64,000 nucleotides of DNA from the human T2T-CHM13v2.0 reference genome, Homo sapiens, in assembly GCF_009914755.1 (NCBI RefSeq), contig NC_060931.1; one strand, 5' to 3'. Shown here in pieces: positions 1-15,929 of the stretch. A program made the translations under genes and the position numbers. A model generated the notes under the pieces. That model saw nothing but the letters and a program-made list of their open reading frames with translations, was not told where the DNA came from and did not search any database. Numbering within the stretch: position 1 is the first letter of the stretch; every line of letters starts with the position of its first letter.

Positions 1-272
1 ACTTTTTTATTATACTGTAAGTTCTAGGATACATGTACAGAACATGTAGGTTTGTTACATAGGTATACAAATGTCATGGTGGTTTGCTGCACCCATCAAC
101 CCATCACCTATATTAGGTATATCTCCTAATGCTATCCCTCCCTTAGCACCCCCAACCCTGACAGGCCCTGGTGTGTGATCTTCCCCTCCCTGTGTCCATG
201 CATTCTCATTGTTCAACTCCCACTTATGAGTGAGAACATGTGGTGTTTGGTTTTCTGTTCTTGTGTTAGTTT
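1..272 (-). mobile_element. L1PA (L1PA7-like) 3' end, 5'-truncated
   Basis: Antisense L1PA 3'UTR (ttattatact.taagttctaggatacatgt...ctcccacttatgagtgagaacatg...ttgtgttagttt). The right flank aaatacttttt matches the window-start acttttt, a possible TSD. Confidence 0.93.
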
Positions 273-324
273 AAATACTTTTTATAGTGATACAAAATCT
301 GGACCCATTCTTTATCTCTTGCAG

Positions 325-526
325 TGGGGAGGTGATTCCAGAATATGGAAAATGTATAGGATGCACAAAACCATGAATAGTATTTCTGTAAAGTGGGGCT
401 ACAGGGGCTGGAGGAGGATTTTACTTTGCTATACCTGCTCTTTGGTATCTCTGATGTGAATTGTGAGGGAAAATGGGGTGTATGCAATGGGGATCCTATA
501 GATATACGAAGATGAGAGGAATAAAG
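325..526 (+). other. Candidate non-coding exon
   Basis: Acceptor ctttatctcttgcag| and consensus donor AAG|GTGAGT. No recognisable coding content. Confidence 0.3.
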
Positions 527-714
527 GTGAGTGTCAAAATTATTACTGCAGTCTTTGAGGCATTCAAGAAATGAAGGTTAAGAACTTGAGTTATCTTGAA
601 GTTGCTTTTGGTTGCTCTACTCTCTCTTTTGGGGGGATAACTTTTAGACTGGACAATTTGGTGACATCTTTATCAGAATTACATGAAATTCAAATTACTG
701 AAAGGAAGTGAGAA

Positions 715-850
715 ACAATTATATAATTTTCCTTATTACAAAGGAAATATGAGACATTTCAGGCCAAAGGGTTTAAGGGATTTGATCAAAGTTAGGAGCA
801 GAGCTGGAAGTAGAAACCAAACCCTCTCGTCCTGCCTCACCCACTATCAT
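715..850 (-). mobile_element. MIR relic
   Basis: Degenerate MIR core (aagggatttgatcaaagtt...gcagagctggaagtagaaacc). Confidence 0.35.
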
Positions 851-1109
851 CTTCCCACCAGCCCTGTGGTAACATAAGCCAAAGCACAGAGATTTAGACA
901 TCTTGAATCTTCTGAAGGACTGCGATTTTCAATTCAACCTACATGTATAATTATTGCTAAAGAATGAGAGTAAAAATTAAAGCATTCATCCTTCTTTTTA
1001 TTAATATAAATGCAACAGGCATTTGTGTAGAATGTGATCATATTGAAAATTGGACATATTACTTAATCGGGGAACTTGATTTACTTACGAAACCAAACAT
1101 AAAAACACT

Positions 1110-2715
<1,606 letters not shown>

Positions 2716-3329
2716 TAATTTATGATAATAATAGGTACTAAAAGTGAGAAGGTGATAAGAAGTCCTGTTTTAATAAAATGTTAATCTGAAAATAAAGGTC
2801 ATTACTCAAATGCAAAAGCTGGAAGTAATCAAAACCTGCGTTTGCTTAATAGTGTTTAGCACGGAGCCATATAAAAGTTTTCTTTACAAGGGAAAGTATC
2901 TAGTTACTTAGCCTCTTTTTTTTCCTCTTGGAAACCATTTCCATATAATTTAATTTTTGATGTCAAGATTTCTTGAAAGTGCAATTATCACTATAGCATG
3001 CATGTATGCGTGTGCACACACTCACACACTCATAACTGTGGGCATTTATCAGCTTTCCCTGCATCAATCATCTTTCCTTTTGTCAGTGCTGCAAGTAGCC
3101 CACCTATCAATATCAAGCCTGAATTCCATCATTTCCCACATTCTCGGTTGCTTCCCCTTTTCTGTTATCGTCTTGTTCTTGTATTGTCCATCTGTATACA
3201 TTGGATAAGTCTCATCAGCAGGTAAACATTCTCTTCTATATCCTATCTTTTAAAACAAAGCCAAAGGAAACTCTGCCTTCTCACCACTTCCTGTGCAATT
3301 ACAATTTATCATCCTAGAGTCTATTCAAT

Positions 3330-3970
3330 TTACTCTAATATGGTATCTACCCTGGCAAGCTACAGAAATCACTCTTGTCAAGGACACCAAAGACTTCCAC
3401 GTTGTCAAAGGCAATGGTTACCTTTCTGTCCTCATTCTTCATGAGCTCTAAGAATCACTCTATTAATAGAGTCCACAATATTTTCTCAGTGTTCCTTCGT
3501 GTGGATGTGGAAACCTCCCCCTCCTGTGGCCTTATTCCTCATTCACTGATGGTTTCTTCCCAGTTTCCTTTCCTGGCTCTTTTTAATGTGGGGCTCTTCA
3601 AGACCTGGCTCTTACCTCTTTCCTCTCTCTGGCTCTCTCCTCAGATGACCTTTGTCAACTCCATGCTGCTGATCCCCACATTTATCTATCACAGTGTTCC
3701 TCTGACCACCACTCTTACGTTTTTAGCAGCCTCCATGATGTCGCCATGTCGACCTGAATTTTTAGAAACCTCAAAATAACATGTCCAAAATGTACATTTT
3801 ATTTATTTTCTCCAACTCCTCCCCACTTCATATTCTTCATCCCAGCAAATGGCACCATCTTTTACACATTTGCTCCAACCAGACACTTGGGCGTCATCCA
3901 ATGTTCTTCCCTTTCTCTCAGGCCCATACCTTCACTATATTCAAATTTTGCATATTCAATTAGTATCTAG
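3330..3970 (+). mobile_element. L2 fragments with decayed RT sequence
   Basis: 3366-3445 translates EITLVKDTKDFHVVKGNGYLSVLILHEL, like L2 RT ETALVKVTNDLHVAKSNG.FSVLILLDL. ctcaaaataacatgtccaaaa resembles the LKLNMSK motif. Confidence 0.75.
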
Positions 3971-4677
3971 GTTAAACATGCCCAGTTTTATACTCTACGT
4001 ATTCGGTAGTGTAAATTATCTGTACGTGTTCCCAGTATATTTATCTACTGGTCCCTGGGCACTTTATCTGTGAGTTAAAAGATGCAGCCCAGTTACCCCT
4101 TGGCATCATTAGGTGATAATTCATGGAACAGGTGATATGAGTGTAAGGCTTAGTTTACAAAGGGACCACCTTCCAGAGTTCTGCTTTCTAACATGAACTA
4201 ATCATATTTCTTTCATAAATAAGAAACAAAACAGAATACTTCAAAAGACTAATATTTTTGGTGATTTTTAAAAATCTATCAGATACACAAGTGAGAACAT
4301 TACAAAGTAATCTTCATAGCCACTGTCTCAACACTTGTACTTATCCTAGACAAATCACTTTTATAACAAATTGCTTCACTCTCTATTGAGCATAGTGAAA
4401 GCAGTGAAATGCCACGTAATCTTCTAGAACTAATAAATGACACCATTTGTGCCTTTTCTTTCTCTCCAGTGCTGCACTGTCCTTGGTCTTTAAACAATTG
4501 ACACTATTCTTTTCACAATATTTAATGTTTCCCCTCTAAAGTTTTGTTTCAACATTGATATTCTCACACTTTGTCCTAGAGGCACAAAGCTTCAGATGTT
4601 ATAAATAACCTCACATAGATTTTTTGGATCAATTTTAGGAAAGGAAAAAAAAAGAAACTTCCAAAACTGTTAAACTA

Positions 4678-4830
4678 CTGACTTCTTTTCTTTGGTTTTC
4701 AGGTGCTAACAGATGAACGATAAATCTATTTTAAAACACTTTTTTTGACTTCTACATATTCTCATTGATAGCAATAGGTGTTAAGTTGCATGCACAGTAA
4801 ACATAGAACACAGGGAGGGCTAAATAAATC
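4678..4830 (+). other. Strong 3' splice site with nearby AATAAA (candidate terminal exon)
   Basis: CTGAC branch point at 4678, ttcttttctttggttttcag|G (exon from 4703), AATAAA at 4823. Confidence 0.3.
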
Positions 4831-6869
4831 TAAATACATGGCGGCACTATCTCGATGGCTTGTTGTATCATACATTGGTGGTAAATACTTCCTTCTCTCA
4901 ATGTCTTTTGGTCTCTGAGTCTGAACTTCTTGTTCAGCCTTCCATTATAAAGCTGAAGAGACTTTTATTATTGCTCCTTCTGAAAGAATACACATTTTGA
5001 ATTTGGTGAGGTCACCAGAATACTAATATAAAATTTTCTGATCTCTGTGAATCAGAAGCTGATTGTTAAAAATTCGACTGTCATTAGACTTGGAGAATAT
5101 GACTAATATCCTATAGTGATGTTTAAGAAATGTGTGACTTTTTATGACATCAGTTTCAAAAAATATTTTATATCTTGTTTATTTTTCACAATATATTTGT
5201 GAAGGCCTACTGTAACTTATGATTTCCTGGAAATTGTTGGGTTGAGTGTCATGAGAACTTTGAATTGCAATTATTAATGAAGCTATTTTCTCCTAATATT
5301 TGTAGTATGCCAAATGAGTCAAAATTTTTAGCTTGTCTAAATCTATTCAAAAGATGTCAGTCAAAACCAAGTAGCCGATTCAGCTCAGAGGGTTTATTTT
5401 CATCATTACAGGAGTTAGTTACAAGAGAAAAATGGATAACTCTGCATATGTATAGATTTTTAGTATACCATAGTTTCTGAACCTATAAGCAGAAAACAAA
5501 CTAAAAGAATGTTTCAAGAGACCTATCATGCAGCTTAATAGTGAGGTAGTCAAGCTAAGACTGAAATACCCATGCACCAAATTATGCACCATTTACTAAG
5601 AGGAGCTTTTGTAATGCTTCAGTATGTTTACTTATGTGTTGAAGACAAATAGGGCAAGTGGTTAGCTAGTTATTCAGAGAAAAATTACTATCTAATATGC
5701 CTGGCCACTGGAGAAAATAGTAGATGGAGATTATGGTCAGTAATCCTAGCAGAATACACCAGCCAGGTCTCATAGACTCATTTCGATATATAGGCCCCTA
5801 AAGGAAAACTTCATCAAACAATATATATTTTATTTATTTTGAAATATGGATATCTCTAACTGATCTAGGAGAGGAACTCCTGACATGGTGATGAAAAGGT
5901 AGCCGGGCTCAGCATGGCCGACGTGCCAAGGCAGAGATGCCTCTGAAAGCAATAAAAAATAGAATCCCTTCTTGGTTCTTTTCATCTCCCCTTTGTGTTA
6001 AGTCTATTTGATTTTGCTATCAGTGTGGCTTATAATTTTCTGAGTGCAATGAAAAATAATTCTGTGAATCTGTATTCAATATCTAAAGGAGTTTTCAAAC
6101 CAACAAGAGTAAAGGATATTTTCCCTTCTCTCCTTTTTTAATTGTATGAAAGATATGCACAGACTGTTTAGAATGACTGTAAGGAGTGATGTGTGCAAAG
6201 AAAAATCCCTGTCAAGTGCTCTGTACTTTGCTATTTGCCCATGGCAATGGACAGTCCAGAGATAAAGGGGGGGAAAAAAGCCTAAAACCCATCAATCCCA
6301 GAAATCTCTTGGTAAGCAGTAACCGAGGGCAAAATAACATGCAGCTGGCTGATAGAAAGTGAGGCTACCCTGCAAATTTAGGGTCCAATTCTCTTGGCCC
6401 CTCTCTAGTTAAAAACCAAACAATTTTTTTTTCATGTAGCTTCCAATTGCAGAGCCTGTTGAAAACTCATTATCTTCAAATAGGATTACATTCCGTTAAT
6501 ATGAGAACATGCATATTACAATATCTGGTAAAAATCAAAAGTTCCAATTTGCTCACTACATGTAAATCCAATTCAAAATATTTCCATAACATATATCTGC
6601 TGGATGTTACACTATTTGTATGTCACTCTGGAATGGATTAACTCCATGACAGGCTAGGCTCAGTTTTTCTGCATTTGGTGTTTTTAAACAGTTTATATTT
6701 GTTATCATATCAAAGACAGGCTTGCAGTTTTCAAAAGGAAGAAGAGAACACAGCGCCCAAGGCTCCTCCAGCATTACATTTCTTATTCCATTTTATCTTT
6801 CTTGGTTTTGACTAATGTCAGTAACAGCTACTGGTAATAAACTGCTTGTTACAGCCTGCTGTTGCCTTG

Positions 6870-7025
6870 AAGCCTGGCTTTGATACATTGTCAGCCAATC
6901 GGAAGCATTTCCTGATTACATTTCCAAATTGCTTGTTTATTGATCGAGAGTTAATAAAGCAAAAGACAACTTTACGGCTTAAATTAAATGAAAGTTTCCT
7001 TTGATGTTCAAATTATCCAATCAAC
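6870..7025. promoter_or_regulatory. Candidate enhancer (TCF/LEF, SOX, NF-Y, ETS, FOX motifs)
   Basis: CTTTGAT 6878, CATTGT 6886, AGCCAATC 6893, CGGAAG 6900, TGTTTAT 6934, CCTTTGATGT 6998, all in unique sequence. Confidence 0.35.
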
Positions 7026-7769
7026 CAACAGGCAGTGAAATGTAAGCATTTGAAAGTTTTATCTGAAAAGAAAAAAAAAGTATGAGATAAATGGATCTTA
7101 GTGTAGACACGGTAGCTAAGTGCTAATGAAAAATATGTGCAACTTAGCATACTGCAATTTCATTTATTTCTCAGGCAAAGGAAATGATGTTGTTATTCAG
7201 TCCACCCCACTCCTCAAACCTGAAGAAGGAAAAGTACTTCTAGGATGTCTTTCATTTGGCTTACAACAATTTCTTAAACTGGAACCATTTTAGTAAATAA
7301 AATGAAGTATACATTAACTTCATGGATTTACTGAAGTTCTAATATTTGGAAATGGTAACACAGCTTAGATGCTATCTTTGGAATGTCACAGTGTAGATGT
7401 TTGGGTGACATAAATGGTCAGTTAAGCTATTTGAAAGAAATTGACTTCTGAAATTTTTAGCAGCTTTTCACATCCCCTTTCCAGTGAGAAGGTAATCTTT
7501 TATCAACACAGGGGGAAATCAGACATTTCTGACAAAGAAGAAAATAAACAAATATTTTAAAGGTTTGCCTATGTCAGGACACATAGGAGACAAGCACTTT
7601 GTCATAGGTGACCCATAAACAGAATATCTGGTTAGAGAGGAGGGAGAGGGTTACTTAAGACCTTGGACAAAGTCAGAAAGAAACAGTTTTTATTATTATT
7701 GTGCTATAAGGTTAAGTAAAAGGAAACAAAATTGTGTAAACAGCATAATAACAAATCTGTGGGAGAAAA

Positions 7770-8145
7770 AAGAAAGTTGCATGAAAAGTATATGGAGAAA
7801 TATAGTAAAATATTAACAGAGGCTATTTTGGGGAGATATTAAGGGTATTTTTCTCTTCTTACTTTCTACATTTGGTTTTTTTTTTTGAGACAGTATCTTG
7901 CTCTATCACCCAGGCTGGAGTGCAGTGTCACTATCATGGCTCACTGAAGCCTTGACCCCGCAGGCTCAAGCAATCCTCCCACCTCAGCCTGCCAAGTAGC
8001 TGGGGTACAGACGTACCCCATGCCTGGCTAACTTTTTGTAGAAACAGGGTCTTCCTATGTTCCCCAGGCCCATGTACTAAACTTTTGAAAATAAATATTC
8101 GTTACACTTAAAATGGAAAAAAACAAAAAACAAAAAACAAAAAAA
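7770..8145 (+). mobile_element. Old L1M (L1ME/MC-like) 3' end, interrupted by AluJ
   Basis: ggagaaatatagtaaaatattaacagaggctatt... with an A-rich end. Confidence 0.4.
7876..8069 (-). mobile_element. AluJ, 5'-truncated
   Basis: J diagnostics atcatggctcactg, ggctcaagcaatcctccc, gggtcttcctatgtt. Confidence 0.92.
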
Positions 8146-8196
8146 CAGCTATTAGTTTAAAATCAAAGTTAACAAAAAAATAATGACATTTTCTTT

Positions 8197-8878
<682 letters not shown>

Positions 8879-9079
8879 TTATTCTCAGGTTAGGACTTTT
8901 GGGAAGCCTTGACTATTACCTAGATAGCTGAAATTATACGCCCACTACTTGAACTTCTTGCATGTATTGCATCTTTTATCTTTTTTTCTCACCAAAGACA
9001 ATTATTCAGACCATGTTATATTTCCAGATTGGATAAGGAATGTGCATTGGTTGCAAAGAGAATGTGACCAGCTACCACT

Positions 9080-9560
9080 CTTTGATTAGCCTCCTTCTGC
9101 AGCCTAGTCATTGGCCACCAGCAGCTAAGGTGATCTTTTCAAGGTGCAAATCTGATCACAGCTTCTCTGCTTTCAACCTTTCATTGGCATCAGCCCACAA
9201 GGCCCTGCAAAATTTGCTTCCTGCCTACCTCTTAGCTGCATCTCATCATGGGCTCTCTGGCCCCTCAGCTCCAGCCACAAGGGCTTCTTTTGGGTCCTCT
9301 AATTATATGAACTTCCTCCTGTCAAGTTTTTGCCTTTAGCATTTCTCTCAAGAATTTCTTCCTCAAAGAAGCCCTCTTTGACTTTCAGTTCTCTGTCATT
9401 TGAGTTTTTTGTCATCAGAGTTATTTGTCATTTGCTGTCATCAAATTTTTTTCTTCCCTAGCACTGGCACTACGTAACTTACGTATCTGCTTAACACAAT
9501 GCCTGGCACAAACTGAGCACTAAATTAATAGGTGTTAAAGGACTAAAGAAATGATAAATG
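9080..9560 (+). mobile_element. L2 3' fragments
   Basis: cagcagctaaggtgatcttttcaaggtgcaaatctgatca; acaatgcctggcaca. Confidence 0.6.
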
Positions 9561-9879
9561 AGAGAAAAGATGAACTAGTCACCTAGTGCTCAGATTTAGT
9601 CTATATTGCTGCAGATGTTTTCCTGAAATATCTAGATGAATTCACAGGAAAAGCTTTCATTCATTCATTTTAATTTTCTTGAGCATTTGTTCTGCATATG
9701 GTACATTTCAGCATCACAGGAAATGAGATGAATTGGACATGGACTTTGTTCTAAGAGTTCTTAATATAAATCAGCATTTCCCTTTTTCAAGGTTAATTGC
9801 TGTTTGGTCAAAGCATGAATGGACGCTTGAAAGTGGAACTGTGCTAACATTTCAATAATTATATTTATACCACCACACA

Positions 9880-10690
9880 CCAAATTTTAGGCCAAATCCA
9901 GGGAGTATTTCTCATTCTTTGTGCCACTTACTTCCCAACTTCTCATCCTCAGAAAACGTTTAACAAACCCTGTCAACTTACCTCCAAAATATATTTTGAA
10001 TCCATCTATTGAATCCATCTGATTCCCCTGCAACGACTCAGGCAAGGCGACTTTCCTTCTTGTGTCTCTACTGGCCTCCCTGCTTCCTCTTGGCTCCCCT
10101 ATGTTCTGTTTGCCACAAGACAGCCAGAGAGGTCTTTTAAAGGCATGATTCAGTTTATGCCACTTGCCCGCTTATTGTTTAAATGTCTTCCCCCTGCACT
10201 TAAAATCAAATGCAAACTGTCTCTCTGAGCAGCCATGCCCTTCCTTAATTGCCTTGCCTAATACTGTGAAAAAATATCATCCCTGCTGTAGACAATTACT
10301 GCCAGCCACAACCCATGCTTATGCCTGTGCCAGGGTGTTCCTCTACACCCTGAATGCTTCCCCACATCATTTCATGGGTAGCTGCTTCTTTTCATTCAGG
10401 TCAGAACTCACAGTCCAGCTCTTCAGAGGGCCTTCTCTAAAGTAGCCACTTTGCAGGTTCTCATTAACATATCACCCTTTTGGATTTCCTTCAGAGCACT
10501 TATCACTATCTGAAAATATCCAGTTTATTTAGAAATAAATTCTGCTCCCCTCATCTCCCACTGGAACTTTATGAGGACTGGATCTTGGCCAGCTTATTTG
10601 CTCATGCAACCCAGTGACTAAACAGTGCCTGGTACAGGGTGTGTGCTCAATAAATATTTGTTGAATGAATGAATGAGAAAGTGAATGAAT
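9880..10690 (+). mobile_element. L2a 3' region
   Basis: Ends in cagtgcctggtacag...tgctcaataaatatttgttgaatgaatgaatga, the L2a terminus. Confidence 0.85.
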
Positions 10691-10874
10691 AGACAGGCTT
10701 CACTTCATGGAAATGGTGAGCAGGTGCTTCTTGGCTGGGGCTTGATCTTCAGTTGTAACAATGGCGCTTCTTCTAAATGAATCCCATCTTGCCATTAAGC
10801 CCCACTACAAGTCCCTCCAGCTCCATGAAACCTTTCCCAATAACCCAGTACACCCTCATCCCTTTTTCTGAATC

Positions 10875-11004
10875 ATTACATATAATTTTATTGTATTACC
10901 CAGGTTACTTTTGAGAGTGAAAGTAGGCACTATTATTATTTGTGCAGAGCCAACAGGCATAAACTAGAAAGTGTCCTGGAAAAACTGGGATGTATGTTCA
11001 CCCT
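10875..11004 (+). mobile_element. MER94 (hAT-Blackjack MITE)
   Basis: cttttgagagtgaaagtaggcactatt...caacaggcataaact...actgggatgtatgttcacccta matches recalled MER94. Confidence 0.7.
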
Positions 11005-11384
11005 ATCTATATGCCACTTCCTCATTCCTTAATTTATATAAACTTTGACTGCAGTTTTTCAGAGGTATGCAATCTTTTCCCTTATTAGAACTTAAATACT
11101 TAGTCATATTTAATTGCACTTAGCACACAACTGAGCTCCCAAGAGTTGCTAATGAAATGCTTATTGTTACTCTGTTCAGTCGGTATCAAACACCTCTTTT
11201 TCTCTGTGCTGCTTATTATCGAATTCACTTCTTTGAGGGAAATTGTTTTAAAAGGGAGTGGTTCTTTTATGCATCAAACTGGGTCTGATGTCTAAGCAGG
11301 TATTTTCTCATTCTTGTAAACGCAGGAAGAAACTCTAGGCTGTAAGTTGCCTGTAAACTTTTGTATATGGTTCTTACTGCACTG

Positions 11385-11745
11385 CCAGTACATTATACTT
11401 CATTTGGCTGGAATACTGTCCTCCCCATCTACTCCCTCCCCATCTTCCTCTGACTAATTTCCATAAGCTCCTCAGACCTCAGCTTCAATTGTCCCTTCCT
11501 CCTCAACATGTGGTTAAGTGTCACTACCCAGAGCTCCACAGTACACACTGTACTGCCCCACTGGGCCATATCACACTCGGCTATATGGAAACTGTCTGTT
11601 TCCTTTCTGCCTCCCCATGGGATGGAGGTAAGTTCTTTAAGAGAAATTACCCTGTCTCTTTAATTCACCTTTCTGTCCCTTAGGCTTAGTACAATGCCTG
11701 TCTCATAGTACATTTAAAAAACTTGTTGAATAAATAAATGAATGA
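11385..11745 (+). mobile_element. L2 3' end
   Basis: cttagtacaatgcctgtctcatag...cttgttgaataaataaatgaatgaa. Confidence 0.7.
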
Positions 11746-12599
11746 AGACATTTGCCTATGTTTGGTTACTGGTGCAATAAGAGGAAAATGGATCTGAATA
11801 TTATTTTATCAGATAATTTCACATAGCAAAATATTATTTTTAAAAATACCTTAGTCCAAGCTTTGAGCTAATTATCCAGTTCAGCAACTGCAACTGTGAC
11901 TCTAGTCAATGGACCTCATGCACATAAGCCAAGTCTTTTCAGAAAATGTAGTGCTAAGGATTTATTACTATTTTTTACTATTGGTTGAAAAGAAACTCTC
12001 CACCATGTCCATTTAACTACCCAAGTTGTAACGTTAATAACGTTAAAGTGGCAGGACTGCAGTTAAAGTAGACCTGTAGGAATTTATTCATAAACTGTTT
12101 TTTTTTTTTTTTGGTGTGTTGTAGCAGGTAGTTGTAGTAATTTGGCTATCTGATACTCCATAAAACATTATTTTAAGATGAATCTAGATATAAGGCCAGT
12201 CACTCTCACTTCTTAATCATGCGTAAAGAAATACAGTGATAAAAATTTATTTGGTAGTACTTTGAAAAACAATCAAATTTTTAAAAAGTGAAAATACCTC
12301 TGAAGATCTTGCTAATACTTTCAAAAAGCAAAATCTCATAGGAAATGAGTTAATGTGTTAGAATTTGAATTTTTCTATACATTTCTTCTATGATTTTGGA
12401 AACTTTTAAGAGCATTTTGTAATAAAAGAATAGTCCTAGCTATTAGATAATATATATTGAATGATTTTAACTTCTCTGTTTTTATAATGGATCTGAAAAG
12501 CTGATACTGGGCTTACTAAAAATCAGGCAGACCCAAAGTAAGTGTCATATCCTTCAGTCTCTATACAGTATAGTAACAAGAATCATTATGATTTCTTCT

Positions 12600-12822
12600 A
12601 GTAAGAGCTAACACTTTTAGAGAAATTGTATGCCAGGCACTTTTGTAATTGTTTTTACACGTTTTGACTATTTTAAGCCACAGCCAACCACATAGGGTAA
12701 GTAATATTATGACCATACAAAGATATCAAATCACAAAGAAATTAAATAACTTTGCCAAGATAAATTGTAGAAGTGAGGTTAATATCCAGGCAGTCTGACT
12801 CCAGAATCCATGTTCTTAATGA
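12600..12822 (-). mobile_element. MIR
   Basis: tatgccaggcact...taaataactttgccaag...ccaggcagtctgactccagaatccatgttcttaa. Confidence 0.8.
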
Positions 12823-13346
12823 CTTCACAAGTATACAGAATCTGATCATGTGCACTTTACCCTTTTGTATGAAAACCTAATTCCTGGTTTTATCTTGTCT
12901 AGTCTATACTCTTATTTTCCCTTCTTAATGATGTCATCACCAAAGGAGAGGAAGAGAGACGGAGAAGAAGAGGAGACAGTTTGGTCGTAATGTGTATATT
13001 TCAGCATCCCATATTGTATTTTTTAGAGATCCAGACAGCATATAAATATGTAAAAACTTAGATAAACAGGTTTCCAGGATCCACCTGTGTCTCTCTGAGT
13101 TTGGTTCACAGAAGAATGAGTAGAAGAATTCAGCTAAAAAAATGGTACCACGAAAAGGGTGGAGAACACCAGAACGAAAGTGAATGAGACTTGTCAGTAT
13201 GTTATGCACATTTCAAGACCAGGAAGACCTTTGGGTTAGATCAATTGAATTTTAAAGGCTGTAGCTAGACTGAAGAGGAGAGAATTGGCTAGCTAGGGTG
13301 TGTGGGTCCATCTCCTCCTCCTTGGGCCACCTGAAAGTTGATGTGA

Positions 13347-13965
13347 TTGGCTATGCAGGCTCTTTTGTGGTTCCATACGAAATTTAAAGTACTTTTTTTC
13401 TAATTCTGTGAAGAAAGTCAATGGTAGCTTGATGGGAATAGCATTGAATCTGTAAATTGCTTTGGGCGGCATGGCCATTTTCACAATAATGATTCGTCCT
13501 ATCCACGAACATGGATTTTTTTTCCATTTGTTTGTGTCCTCCCTTATTTCCTTGAGCAGTGGTTTGTAGCTCTCCTTGAAAAGGCCCTTCATGTTCCTTT
13601 TAAGTTGTATTCCTAGGTATTCGATTCTCTTTGCAGCAATTGTGAATTGGATTTCACTGATGATTTGGCTCTCTGCTTGTCTATTATTGGTGTATAGGAA
13701 TGCTTGTGATTTTTGCACATTGATTTTGTATCCTGAAACTTAGTTGAAGTTGCTTATCAGCTTAAGGAGTTTTTGGGCTGAGATGATGGGGTTGTCTAAA
13801 TATACAATCACGTCATCTGCAAACGGAGACAATTTGACTTCCTCTCTTCCTGTTTGAATACACTTTATTTTTTTTTCTTGCCAGAACTTCCAGTAATATG
13901 TTGAATAGGAGTGATGAGATAGGGCATCCTTGTCTTGTGCCAGTTTTCAAACAGAATGCTACCAG
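13347..13965 (-). mobile_element. Inverted ORF2 segment of an L1PA8-like element
   Basis: ORF 13293-13718(-) [13 protein letters not shown]...[21 protein letters not shown] is decayed L1 ORF2p. Confidence 0.95.
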
Positions 13966-15355
13966 GTACCAAAACAGATATGTAGACCAATGTAACCAAA
14001 CAGAGACCTCAGAAATAACACCACACATCTACAACCACCTGATCTTCAACACACCTGACAAAAATAAGTAACGGGAAAAGGATTCCCTATTTAATAAGTG
14101 GTGCTGTGAAAACTGGCTAGCCATATGCAGAAAACAGAAACTGGACCCCTTCCTTACACCTTTTACAAAAATTAACTCGAGATGGTTTAAAGACTTAAAT
14201 GTAAAACCCAAAACCATAAAAACCCTAGAAGAAAACCTAGGCAATACCATTCAGGACGTAGGCAAAGACTTCATGATGAAAACACCAAAAGCAACTGCAA
14301 TAAAAGCCAAAATTGACAAATGGAATCTAATTAAACAAAAGAGCTTCTGCACAGCAAAATAAACTATCTTCAGAGTGAACAGGCAACCTACAGAATGGGA
14401 GAAAAATTTTGCAATATACCTACCTGACAAAGGGCTAGTATCCAGAATCTACAAGGAACTTAAACAAATTTACAAGAAAAAAAAACAAACAACCCCATCA
14501 AAATGTGGGCAAAGTATATAAACAGACACTTCTCAAAAGAAGACATTTATGTGGCCAACAAACATGTCAAAAAAGCTCATCATTACGGGTCATTAGAGAA
14601 ATGCAAATTAAAACCACAATGAGATATCATTTCATGCCAGTTAGAATGGCGATTATTAAAAAGTCAGGAAACAACAGATGCTGGTGAGACTGTGGAGAAA
14701 TAGAAATGCTTTTACACTGTTGTTGGGGTGTAAATTAGTTCAACCATCGTGGAAGACAGTGTGGCAATTCCTCAAGGATCTAGAACCAGAAATACCATTT
14801 GACCCAGCAATCCCATTACTGGGTATATACCCAAAGGATTATAAGTCATTCTCCTATAAAGACACATGATCACCTATGTTTATTGCAGCACTATTTACGA
14901 TAGCAAAGACTGTGGAACCAACTCAAATGCCCATTAGTGATAGACTGGATAAAGAAAATGTGGCACATATACACCATGGATTACTATGCAGCCATAAAAA
15001 AAGAATGAGTTCGTGTCCTTTGCAGGGACATAGATGACACTGGAAGCCATTATTCTCAGCAAACTAACACAGGAACAGAAATCCAAACACCACATGTTCT
15101 CACTCATGAGTGGCAGTTGAACAATCAGAACACATGGACATAGGGAGGGGAACATCATGCACTGGGACCTGTCGGGGGGTGGGGGGCAAAGGGAGGGAGA
15201 GCATTAGGACAAATACCTAATGCATGTGGGGCTTAAAACCTAGATGATGGGTTGATAGGTGCAGCAAACCACCATGGCACATGTATACTTATGTAACAAA
15301 CCTGCCTGTTCTGCACATGTATCCCAAACTTAAAGTAAAATAGAAAAAAAAAAAA
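13965..15355 (+). mobile_element. Sense 3' part of the same L1PA8-like element (ORF2 C-terminus, 3'UTR, poly-A)
   Basis: Starts ggtaccaaaacaga (WYQNR); contains [10 protein letters not shown] and DLEPEIPFDPAIPLLGIYP; 3'UTR gcatgtggggcttaaaacctagatg; A tail. Confidence 0.95.
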
Positions 15356-15387
15356 TGAAAGACTCCACTTAAACTCATCAGGAAATG

Positions 15388-15678
<291 letters not shown>

Positions 15679-15929
15679 AAAGTAATCAGGGAATGAAAGC
15701 ACCATTCCCTCTTGCTTTCTGCCCTTGTCTTTCTCCCTGCCCTTTCACCTTTGTAAAGTGGTGGCAGTAGTTTAAGCCAATAGATCACCTATAGGGCCTG
15801 GGCCATTGTGTTATCTTCTCTATGAAATGTTCTTTCCCTTCATTCATCACCTGCCATCAAGCCTGGGTGTTCTTTCTCCAGTGCACCGCCATATTGGAGA
15901 GGGCCTGCACTTTATTGTTTATCTGGCCA

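Noticed and set aside
13293-14869. ORFs with clear L1 ORF2p similarity as functional CDS
   Set aside because: Fragments of a truncated, inverted, frameshifted L1.
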